Positions 33,162-41,510 of a stretch of 64,000 nucleotides of DNA are shown piece after piece. Each line of letters opens with the position of its first letter. The stretch's first letter is position 1. The position numbers were made by a program, and so were the translations under genes. The notes below the pieces were generated by a model. It did not search any database, had not been told where the DNA came from, and was given only the letters and a program-made list of their open reading frames with translations. Source of the stretch: Alphaproteobacteria bacterium (GTDB taxonomy: Bacteria > Pseudomonadota > Alphaproteobacteria > MPNO01); contig CBDFLJ010000002.1 of NCBI GenBank assembly GCA_965248835.1, positions 192,001 through 256,000 of the forward strand, given 5' to 3'.

Positions 33162-33997
33162 GCTCTGGACCCATAAAAGCGCTTTATGATTCTGTTTGGA
33201 TCTGATTCAAGCTTCCAAACCATGGGAGCTTGAGGATGTCGGAGAGCTTTTGGCTGAGCGATGAGCAGTTTGGACGTCTGGCGCCGTTGTTGCCGACGGA
33301 CACGCGCGGCGTGCCGCGGGTTGACGACCGGCGGGTGATATCGGGGATCATCCATGTTCTTCAATCGGGCTGCCGGTGGAGGGATGCGCCGGCGGAATAC
33401 GGCCCTCACAAGACGCTGTACAACCGCTTTGTCCGCTGGGCGCGCAAGGGTGTATGGCAGGGCGTCTTCGTGCGGTTGGCGGAGGCTGGTGGACCGCCAG
33501 CGGCGGTGATGCTGGATTCGACCCATGTCAAGGCACACCGTTCGGCAGCAGGCGGAAAAGGGGGGCCGAGATCCAGGCGATCGGCCGCTCGCGGGGTGGG
33601 CGCACGACCAAGATCCATGCCGCCGTCGACGAGCACGGCCGGGCGCGACGGCTGATCGTCGGGGCGGGCCATCGCGGCGACGCACCGATGGCGGCGCGCC
33701 TGATCGGAGCGATGGCGCCCGGCCTGTGTATCGCCGATACCGCCTACGACAGCGACGCGCTCCGCGACCTGCTTCTCGACCGGGGCACCATCCCGGTCAT
33801 CCCCAACAATCCGACCCGCAAACGGCATCACCCGTTCGACCGTCAGGCCTACCGTCTGCGCAACGTCATCGAACGTGCCTTCGCCCGACTCAAGGACTGG
33901 CGCCGGATCGCCACCCGATACGACAAACTCGCCCTGACCTACACCGCCGCCGTCACCATCGCCGCCATCGTCATTTGTTGGTTATGAGTCTGGAGCC
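33161..33997 (+). mobile_element. IS5-family (IS427 subgroup) insertion sequence
   Basis: Imperfect 16-bp terminal IRs GGCTCTGGACCCATAA / revcomp GGCTCCAGACTCATAA (13/16), flanked by TA at 33159-60 and 33998-99; two-ORF transposase. Confidence 0.88.
33236..33987 (+). CDS. IS5/IS427 transposase expressed through a -1 frameshift (orfA 33236-33655, orfB to 33987)
   Basis: orfA DUF4096-type (DDRRVISGI, GCRWRDAP, YGPHKTLYNRF, DSTHVKAH); AAAAGGGGGG slippery site 33556-33565; orfB GRSRGG-TTKIH, ADTAYD, RNVIERAF, RRIATRYDK. Confidence 0.85.
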
Positions 33998-33999
33998 TA

Positions 34000-35182
34000 G
34001 TCACCCGAATCTAAAGTTGGTGGCATAAGTTTTGATCGACGCGGAGGCAGAAGCGTTTGACGGCGGCGAGGATGTCGTCGGCTGATTTGGTCCATTTGAA
34101 GGGCTTGGGGTCTTCGTTGTGTTTTTCGATGAAGGCGCGGATGTCGGCTTCGAGCTGCTTCGTCGAGGTATGAACGCCGCGTCGCAGTTGCTTGCGCGTC
34201 AATTCGGCGAACCAGCGCTCGACCTGGTTGATCCAGGAGGCCGAGGTCGGCGTGAAGTGGACATGATAGTGCGGCCGCCGCGCCAGCCAGGCTCTGATCG
34301 CGGCGGTCTTGTGGGTGGCGTAGTTGTCCATGACGATGTGGATGTCGAGATCCTCGGGGACGCGGGCGTCGATCTGCTTCAGAAAGTCGAGGAACTCCCT
34401 GGCCCGGTGGCGCCTGTAGCACTTGCCGATGACGAAGCCCGTGGCGACATCGAGGGCGGCGAACAGCGAGGTCGTCCCGTGCCGGACGTAATTGTACGTC
34501 CGCCGCTCGGCCATGCCCGGCATCATCGGCAACACCGGCTGTTCGCGGTCGAGGGCCTGGATCTGGCTCTTTTCATCGACACAGAGCACCAGCGCGCGGT
34601 CCGGCGGCGACAGATAGAGCCCGACGATGTCGCGGACCTTGTCGACGAACAGCGGATCGCTCGACAGTTTGAAGGTCTGCGAGCGGTGCGGCTGCAACCC
34701 GAAGGCCGTCCAGATGCGCCGGATCGTCGTGTGCGACAGCCCGGTCTCCCGGGCCATCGAGCGGAGCGACCAATGGGTCGCATCCGCCGGCGTCGCGTTG
34801 AGCGTCCGTTCAATGACCTGTGCCACTTGATCATCCTCGATGGTCCGCGGCCGCCCCGGCCGAGGCTCATCCGACAGTCCGTCGATGCGGTCCTTCAGGA
34901 AGCGGCGGCGCCACTTGCCGACCGTGCGCTCGTGCACGCCGAGCTCGGCAGCGACCGCCTTGTTGGTCAGACCAGCCGCGCAACGCAGGATCATGCGGCA
35001 GCGGTCCGACACCGCGCGCGCGATCTGGCGACGGCGGAGCTGACGCTCGAGATACGACCGTTCTGCATCGCTCAGAACCAAAGCCGCAACCGGCCGGCCA
35101 ACGCCACGCACCATCGCAAACACCTCCAAAGCCCAACGACGATGGCCATCATATAGTGCAATTTACTTCAGTTCCAGGTGAC
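34000..35182 (-). mobile_element. IS630-family insertion sequence
   Basis: Imperfect terminal IRs GTCACCCGAATCTAAAGT / revcomp GTCACCTGGAACTGAAGT (14/18), flanked by TA at 33998-99 and 35183-84. Confidence 0.88.
34011..35114 (-). CDS. IS630 transposase, apparently intact
   Basis: HTH region, RPGRP, DDE triad CVDEK / MDNYATH / NQVERWF; GGAGG RBS. Confidence 0.92.
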   Translation of the reverse strand: MVRGVGRPVAALVLSDAERSYLERQLRRRQIARAVSDRCRMILRCAAGLTNKAVAAELGVHERTVGKWRRRFLKDRIDGLSDEPRPGRPRTIEDDQVAQVIERTLNATPADATHWSLRSMARETGLSHTTIRRIWTAFGLQPHRSQTFKLSSDPLFVDKVRDIVGLYLSPPDRALVLCVDEKSQIQALDREQPVLPMMPGMAERRTYNYVRHGTTSLFAALDVATGFVIGKCYRRHRAREFLDFLKQIDARVPEDLDIHIVMDNYATHKTAAIRAWLARRPHYHVHFTPTSASWINQVERWFAELTRKQLRRGVHTSTKQLEADIRAFIEKHNEDPKPFKWTKSADDILAAVKRFCLRVDQNLCHQL

Positions 35183-35315
35183 TAGCGTTGCGGCTCCAAC
35201 GCTTGTTTTCCGTGGTTCAATTCCGAGGGCTCGGACTTCCGCCCCAAACAACAAAGAGCAAAATAAATCGGGAAGTTACGAGACCCTGGACTGCGATCAT
35301 GAGCAATGGGTTGCG

Positions 35316-35456
35316 GTGGCGCGTCGGACACGCCTGTTCTGGTCGGAGGACGAAAAGCGCCGGATCGTGGCGCAGACCTATGCGCCCGGCGTTTCGGTGT
35401 CCCAGGTTGGGCACCGTTACGACGTCAACGCCAACCCGATCTTCAAGTGGCGTCGT
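35316..35456 (+). pseudogene. Truncated IS66 TnpA-like (HTH_Tnp_1) fragment
   Basis: RRTRLFWSEDEKRRIVAQTYAPGVSVSQVGHRYDVNANPIFKWRR; similarity ends abruptly. Confidence 0.65.
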
Positions 35457-35750
35457 GTGCGGACGCCTCCCTGGATGCAAGCAGTTTTGGTCGGGTCTGG
35501 ACCATGCGGTCACCGCTCAGATGCACATAGGCCCATGAACGCGGACAATGCTCGCGTGGTCGCAAAGCTTGTTGTGCATTTCGGCTGCAATCCAATGCAG
35601 ATTTTCGTTCACCGGGAGCCGGCCATCCGTGGTCATGATGTAGGACTGCAGGGGACCCAGCGCGGTAGAGGGCGTTTGAAGAGAGAAAAAATTCTCCACA
35701 TGGAGGCAGGTCCAGTCAAGTACCAGCACGGCATGAATATTGTCACTGGG

Positions 35751-36764
35751 TTACAGTTTACTGGTTGTAATCACCAATTTGCCGAAATGTTGGTCCTCGC
35801 CCATGGCATTAAAGGCTGCCCGGGCATCTTCGAAGGCAAAAGTCCGGTCGATCACGGGCCTCATCTGGTTCGCGGCGATTGCCGCGTTCATATCGCGGAA
35901 CATCTCCCGGCTACCAACAAAGATACCTGACAAGCGGATCGATTTGCGCAGCAGGGGCTGCGGGTTTACCTTCCCCTCCGTCAGCGAGCCGATCATCCCG
36001 ATGTGCCCGCCAAAGCCCGTCGCGCCGATTGATTTCTGCAGCGTGCCGGGGCCGCCGACTTCGACCACCTGATCGACCCCCAGCCCGTCCGTCAAATCCA
36101 TCACCGCTTCGTCCCAGTCAGGCGTATCGACGTAGTTGACGGTTTCATCGGCACCCATTCCGCGCGCCCGTTGCAGTTTTTCGTCGCTTTTGGAAGTAAC
36201 GATGACCCGCGCGCCCATCATTTTGGAAAACTGGAGTGCGAAGATCGACACCCCGCCGGTCCCCAGCACCAGTACGGTATCACCGGCTTTCAAACCGCCC
36301 TGTACCACCAGGGCGTTCCACGCGGTCACGGCGGCGACGGTAAGTGTGCTGGCTTCCTCCCAGGTCAGGTGTTCGGGTACCGACACCAACGCCGTATGCG
36401 GTAGGATCGCCTCCTCGGATAACATACCCTCCTCCGCACCGCCCAGCGCGCTTGCCATGACCGGCGCGCGCATCCGGCCCGCTTCCCAGCGCTTGAAGAA
36501 ACAGCTTGCAACCCGGTCGCCCGGCCTGAAGCCCGTTACACCTTCGCCCACAGCCACCACTTCGCCCGCGGCATCGGAGTTTGGAATACGCGGCAGCGGC
36601 GTATTGCGTTCGCTGGGCGCGCTCACCGTTTTGAAATCGCGACGGTTGATGGACGACGCTTTCACCCTGAATCGCACCTCTCCAGGCCCCGGCTCACCGA
36701 TATCGATATCGACTAGTTTGAGAGCATCAATTCCATCGTCGTTTTCTATCCGCCAAGCTTTCAT
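35751..36764 (-). CDS. NAD(P)-dependent MDR-family oxidoreductase (zinc-type alcohol dehydrogenase-like, lacking Zn ligands)
   Basis: PGPGEV, IPNSDAAGEV, AVTAWNAL, GTGGVS, EVGG, HFGKLVI. Confidence 0.88.
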   Translation of the reverse strand: MKAWRIENDDGIDALKLVDIDIGEPGPGEVRFRVKASSINRRDFKTVSAPSERNTPLPRIPNSDAAGEVVAVGEGVTGFRPGDRVASCFFKRWEAGRMRAPVMASALGGAEEGMLSEEAILPHTALVSVPEHLTWEEASTLTVAAVTAWNALVVQGGLKAGDTVLVLGTGGVSIFALQFSKMMGARVIVTSKSDEKLQRARGMGADETVNYVDTPDWDEAVMDLTDGLGVDQVVEVGGPGTLQKSIGATGFGGHIGMIGSLTEGKVNPQPLLRKSIRLSGIFVGSREMFRDMNAAIAANQMRPVIDRTFAFEDARAAFNAMGEDQHFGKLVITTSKL

Positions 36765-36840
36765 TACAGTCTCCGGGTATTTCGTTTGATCTAAAGACGG
36801 CATGCGGCGACTGCCGGCGGGAACCAGACGGTCGCCCCCG

Positions 36841-37977
36841 TCAGGGAAGATCGACGGTCCACGCGTCATACGCATATACCCAGTCCGGGTCGGTCTTTTC
36901 GCGCATGAAATCGTTGCGGTGCGACGTCGCCTGAACCTTGGAGGTCCGCGGTTTCCGCACCGTTTCGAATCGTTTAAACGCGGCCGAGAAATCATCGGTT
37001 CCGCCATCGGCAAGGCAGCGCGACAATACCGCCGCGTCCTCCAGCGCATTCGCCGCCCCCTGCGCCATATAGGGCGTCATGGGATGGCAGGCATCGCCCA
37101 ACAGGGTGACATTGCCGTCGTTCCATGTCGGCAGGGGATCGCGTTCGAAAATCGCCCATTTATGGACCGACGGGCAGGCGTTCAGCACGGCGCGCACATC
37201 CGGGTGGAAGTGGGCGAACGCCGCCCGAAGTTCGTTTACATCGCCGGTGGCGGACCAGGACTCTACCTGAAAACCCGGCTCCGGCTGGCTCGTCGTGAAG
37301 TAGATTTCATCCGGTGCGGCGGTAACGTAGTAGATGATGATATGCCGGTCCGGGCCCCACCATTTGGCGCAGCCATCCATCAATTCGTGCCCATTCATCA
37401 GCGATGCCGGAAACACCGTCCGGTAGGCCAGACGCCCGGTGAACTGCGGCGGTTCGGCATCGAGCATCCAGTCGCGGACCACCGAATGCACGCCATCCGA
37501 CGCGATCACCGCATCGGCAGCCACGGTCTCGCCGTTCTCGAAAGTCAGCGTCACGCAGCTCTTAGACTGATCGATGCCGGAAAGCTTGTGATCATAGCGG
37601 ATCGTCTCGTCCGGGACGACGCCGTGCAGCGACGCATGAAGATCGCCGCGATGCATCAGCAGGTAGGGGACGCCGTATCGCTTTAACGCGTCGGGGCCGA
37701 GCGGATGATCGTTGGTCAGATTGCCGGTGTCGAAGTCCCGGTTACGAAAGTGCGGCGGCTCGAAGGCATCGGTGCGGATCCTGTCGCCAACGCCGATGGC
37801 ATACAATACCCGCATGGCATTGGGGGTCATCTGGATACCGGCCCCGATGCGCGCGAATGCCGGCGCCTGCTCGTAGATCGTGGTCTCGATCCCCACCTTG
37901 CGCAGACAGGCCGAAGCGGCCAGCCCGCCAATGCCGGCGCCGATGATGGCGATGTTGGGGTGCCTACTGGTCGTCAT
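36841..37977 (-). CDS. FAD-dependent monooxygenase, 6-hydroxynicotinate 3-monooxygenase (NicC)/salicylate hydroxylase-like
   Basis: GAGIGG, EQAPAFARIGAGI, HRGDLH, DGVHS, KWWGPDRH, YYV, GDACHPMTPYMAQGA, DWVYAYD. Confidence 0.8.
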   Translation of the reverse strand: MTTSRHPNIAIIGAGIGGLAASACLRKVGIETTIYEQAPAFARIGAGIQMTPNAMRVLYAIGVGDRIRTDAFEPPHFRNRDFDTGNLTNDHPLGPDALKRYGVPYLLMHRGDLHASLHGVVPDETIRYDHKLSGIDQSKSCVTLTFENGETVAADAVIASDGVHSVVRDWMLDAEPPQFTGRLAYRTVFPASLMNGHELMDGCAKWWGPDRHIIIYYVTAAPDEIYFTTSQPEPGFQVESWSATGDVNELRAAFAHFHPDVRAVLNACPSVHKWAIFERDPLPTWNDGNVTLLGDACHPMTPYMAQGAANALEDAAVLSRCLADGGTDDFSAAFKRFETVRKPRTSKVQATSHRNDFMREKTDPDWVYAYDAWTVDLP

Positions 37978-38402
37978 GAAGGTCTCTTGCTGATCCCCGC
38001 GTGCGGGTCAGTCCAGGCCGAGGAACTTGTTGCTGAATTCCGCGTCGTTCGAGCCGACATTCCCCAGATGACGCCCAAACCCGGCCCCGATGGTAGCAGT
38101 AGAGGTCCCATCCTGGAACCATGGGCGGCATTTCTGCCCGGCGAACCGAGTTTTCGACCGACGGATCGGCTTTGACAGCCCAATTCCGCTCGATTTCCTC
38201 CGCTCCGGACACATGTCTGCCTCCGTCATCTCGGTTTTTCCTCCGTTCTGGCCGTTGCCGGGGACGGTCGCCGCAGTCCGTCGATCAGTCCCGGGATGCT
38301 TCGGAACAGATCGCGGGACGGCGTCATCAAGGCGTTGCTTCATCTGGGGAATAGGGGTCCAATACTACCCGCCAACAGATTGCGACGGTTTCGGAGGCTC
38401 TC

Positions 38403-39050
38403 ATGCCGGATACGCCGAATTGGCACATCGTAGGGGATTGGTTCGACAACTGCAGTTGTGCCGTCGCCTGTCCATGCACGTTCGCGCAACCGCCGGATAA
38501 CGGCTATTGCGAAGGGGTCCTCCTTTGGCACGTCACGCGTGGGCATTATGGGGACACTGTCCTCGACGACCTCGTCTTCGTGCGGGTCGGCCGCTGGGAG
38601 GGCGACTTGTGGGCCGGCAAGGTCAAGGGTCAGGCTGGTGTTTTTGTCGATGATCGCGCCGATGATGCTCAGGCCGAGGCCTTGTCGGCAATCATCGGCG
38701 GTCGCGCCGGCGGCTTCATGGGCAAAGTGAACGCCTTGTTCACCGAAGGCCGAACGATCCGCGGCATCGAGCGCGCCAAGATATCCTTCGATATTGCCCC
38801 TGACCAGTCACGCTGGGGCGTTGACATTGCGGGCAAGGTCAAGGCCTGGGCGGAGGCCCTGACCGGACCGACCAGCAATCCTGGCGAATACCCGCGGCTG
38901 GCCAACGCGCCGGGGTCGGAAACCGGACCCGGGCCACAGCTGGTAACCTGGGGGAAGTCGACCGTGTGTCACGTCGACGCCTTCGGCTTCGACTTTTCCT
39001 GGGGCATCAACTCCGCCAAGCACATCCCGTTCGATTGGACAGGACCGTAA
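38403..39050 (+). CDS. DUF1326 family protein
   Basis: WHIVGDWFDNCSCAVACPC, GYCEG, G-YG, VDDRADDAQ, FDWTGP C-terminus; GGAGG RBS. Confidence 0.82.
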   Translation: MPDTPNWHIVGDWFDNCSCAVACPCTFAQPPDNGYCEGVLLWHVTRGHYGDTVLDDLVFVRVGRWEGDLWAGKVKGQAGVFVDDRADDAQAEALSAIIGGRAGGFMGKVNALFTEGRTIRGIERAKISFDIAPDQSRWGVDIAGKVKAWAEALTGPTSNPGEYPRLANAPGSETGPGPQLVTWGKSTVCHVDAFGFDFSWGINSAKHIPFDWTGP

Positions 39051-39107
39051 GTCTTTGGCAAGGGTGCTGAGGCGGTCGCGCAGCCCGTCACCCCTCGGCA
39101 TGACCAG

Positions 39108-39866
39108 TCAAAGCAAAATCGCGGCACCAGCGGAAAGCAGGGCTGCGCCGAACACCCGAGTGAGCCAACGCGGCAGCCGCGGCCATTTTTCGAGAGCCAC
39201 CACGAGGGTAAGGAACACGATCCAGATCGGATTCATGACACCCGCAACGAACAGGAGGAGCATGAGCGCCCAGCAGCATCCCGCGCAGTAGAGGCCGTGC
39301 TTCAGCCCCATCGCCAGGGCGCCGCGTGTGCCATCGCGCCATTCCGCCATCAGAAAACCGACCGGCGTCCGGCAACGCCTCAGGCAGGCCTGCTTCAACG
39401 GCGTCAGTTGATAGAGGCCCGCAAGGATAAGCACACCTGCAGTCAGCCATTCAGAGCTGCTAACGATCGTCGGCGTCAGCATACCGCTAGCCTGCAGTCC
39501 CCACTGCGCACCGGCGGTGAGCGCGGAATACCCTATCCACACGACAAGATAGGCGCCGGCGAAGGCCAATGACCGCGATGTCGCCCGCCCGGCCTGCGCA
39601 TTGCGGCGTTCCAGAGAATCGAATGTCAGGATCATGGGGGCGGCCGCGGGCAGCATCATGGCAACCATCATGCCTCCCCACATGACGAAAACGGCAACCA
39701 CCGTCGCCCGGGACCATGCGGCATCGACCGGCATCATCAACGCGACGACCGGATGCGACATGCTGAGCGTCATCCAAGCGACGAATGCCCAGCTCGCAAC
39801 GAAGACAAGCCCCATTGCCGTCAAAATTTCAGCTTGGCGAAGAAACTGGCGGACAACCGCGTGCAT
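39108..39866 (-). CDS. DUF2182 predicted metal-binding integral membrane protein
   Basis: MWGGMMVAMMLP, YQLTPLKQACLRRCR, G-YC-GCCWALM, GVMN, LEK. Confidence 0.85.
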   Translation of the reverse strand: MHAVVRQFLRQAEILTAMGLVFVASWAFVAWMTLSMSHPVVALMMPVDAAWSRATVVAVFVMWGGMMVAMMLPAAAPMILTFDSLERRNAQAGRATSRSLAFAGAYLVVWIGYSALTAGAQWGLQASGMLTPTIVSSSEWLTAGVLILAGLYQLTPLKQACLRRCRTPVGFLMAEWRDGTRGALAMGLKHGLYCAGCCWALMLLLFVAGVMNPIWIVFLTLVVALEKWPRLPRWLTRVFGAALLSAGAAILL

Positions 39867-39903
39867 CACCAATCGCTCCCAGATGCATGGGCACAAACGA
39901 TTT

Positions 39904-40261
39904 TAGCGCGTCGTCCTATCCGGATGGATCATAGGGGGATTCTCAGAGTGTAGGATCTGTGATCCAAGATGTTCGCCGGGGAAGGAGGCCGGCGGAGATG
40001 CCGAAAGCGCTTTCCCTTGATCTTCGGGCTCGGGTTCTTGCGGCGGTGGCGGAGGGCCTGAGCCATCGGGCTGCGGCAGCACGGTTCGGCGCGAGCGCAG
40101 CCAGTGTCAGCCGGTGGCGTACTCTGGAGCGCGAACAGGGCGATGCGCGCCCCAGGGCGCCGCGCGGCGAGCGCCTCCGGATGGCGCTGCCTCATGGACA
40201 CTGGAACACCACGACCTTCGCCGCCGCTGGATACAGACCTATAGGATCGGTTTCTGCTCTA
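39904..40261 (+). mobile_element. Internally deleted non-autonomous IS630-family element (~360 bp)
   Basis: TA-bounded imperfect IRs (TAGCGCGTCGTCCTATCC / revcomp TAGAGCAGAAACCGATCC); ORF from 39998 joins transposase N-terminus (MPKALSLDLRARVLAAV...SRW), a middle piece (APRGER...PHGHWNTTTF) and the C-terminus (AAAGY). Confidence 0.75.
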
Positions 40262-40268
40262 ATCGGGG

Positions 40269-41432
40269 TCAGACGACTTCCGGGACGCGCTCGGCCGGCG
40301 GAGTGTTGCGGCTGCGCCCGCTGGCCACCTTGCCGTCGATGATCACCATGCCGACGCCGGGGATATCGCCCATCTCGACCGAGTCCAGCATATCCTTGCC
40401 GGCGCTGTGCTGGGCGCGGTCGAGCAGCGCGAAGTCAGCCGCGCGGCCGACCTCGATCAGCCCGCAGTCGAGGTCGCGCACCCGTGCGGTGTTGCCGGTC
40501 GCGAAGCAGAACGCGGTCTCGGCCGGGACCTCGCCCAGCGCCGAAAGCATCGCAACCATGCGGATGATGCCGAGCGGCTGCACGCCCGACCCGGCCGGGC
40601 CGTCGGTGCCGAGGATCACTCGCGGCAGCTCGCCGAGCTCGCGCGCGATGCGCAGCGCAAACAGCGCCGCCTTCTCGTTGCCGTTGTGGACGATCTCGAT
40701 CCCCGCCTGGCACTGCTCGCACAGGCAGGCGATCTGATCGAGCGGCAGCGCGGTATGGCCGCCGTTGATGTGGCCGATGATGTCCGCACCGGCCTCCAGC
40801 ACAACGTCCTTGTCGATCAGGCCCGAGCCCGGGATCGACGGGCCGCCGGTGTGGATGGTCGATTGGATGCCGTACTTGCGCGCCCACTCGACCATGGTGC
40901 GCGCCTCGGCGCCCGCCTTGACCCCGCCGAGCCCGATCTCGCCCAGGAGCTTCACCCCGGCCTCGGCCATGAACCGGAAGTCGTCCTCGACCATGCCGGT
41001 CTCGAGGATCGGCGCGCCGGCGTGGACTTTCACCCCGCCGATGGGAAAGGCCGAGAACGCGCGCTGCGCCGTGATGGCCAGCGCGACGACGCCCTTGGGA
41101 TCGCGCGGCCGGCCGGGCAAATGGACCTCGCCGGCGGAAATCATGGTCGTCACCCCGCCGTGCATCGAGCTGTCGATCCAGTTGAGCTGGCTCTGGCGCG
41201 GGGTCCAGTCGCCGAAGACCGGATGGACGTGGCTGTCGATCAGCCCTGGGCAGAGCGTCACCCCTTTGGCATCGACGGTGGTCGTGGCGTCCCCGGTATC
41301 GCAATCGCCTTGCTTGCCGAAGGCCGTGATCCGACCGTCCTCGGCGACCAGCGTGTCGGCATCGATGACCGGGGCTTCCAGCGCGCCCGACAGCATCAGG
41401 CCGATATTCTTGATGACCAGCTTCTCCGCCAT
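40269..41432 (-). CDS. Enamidase-like amidohydrolase
   Basis: PGLIDSHVHPVFGDWTPRQ, SAGEVHLPGRP, IHTGGPSIPGS, GHINGG, GTDGPAGSGV. Confidence 0.82.
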   Translation of the reverse strand: MAEKLVIKNIGLMLSGALEAPVIDADTLVAEDGRITAFGKQGDCDTGDATTTVDAKGVTLCPGLIDSHVHPVFGDWTPRQSQLNWIDSSMHGGVTTMISAGEVHLPGRPRDPKGVVALAITAQRAFSAFPIGGVKVHAGAPILETGMVEDDFRFMAEAGVKLLGEIGLGGVKAGAEARTMVEWARKYGIQSTIHTGGPSIPGSGLIDKDVVLEAGADIIGHINGGHTALPLDQIACLCEQCQAGIEIVHNGNEKAALFALRIARELGELPRVILGTDGPAGSGVQPLGIIRMVAMLSALGEVPAETAFCFATGNTARVRDLDCGLIEVGRAADFALLDRAQHSAGKDMLDSVEMGDIPGVGMVIIDGKVASGRSRNTPPAERVPEVV

Positions 41433-41510
41433 GACGCGGCCCACCCCTTGGTTGCGGTTACGATGACGGGCCGGAGGATTGCGAAATTCGCCGGCGCGTT
41501 CAAGGCCGGC

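Noticed and set aside
35455-35490. GTGCGGACGCCTCCCTGGATGCAAG resembling an IS110/IS1111-type end
   Set aside because: Resemblance from memory only; no transposase or second end visible
35178-35930. 250-aa ORF as a real gene
   Set aside because: Chimeric frame: short IS66 TnpA fragment, unassignable middle, and antisense overlap with the MDR gene
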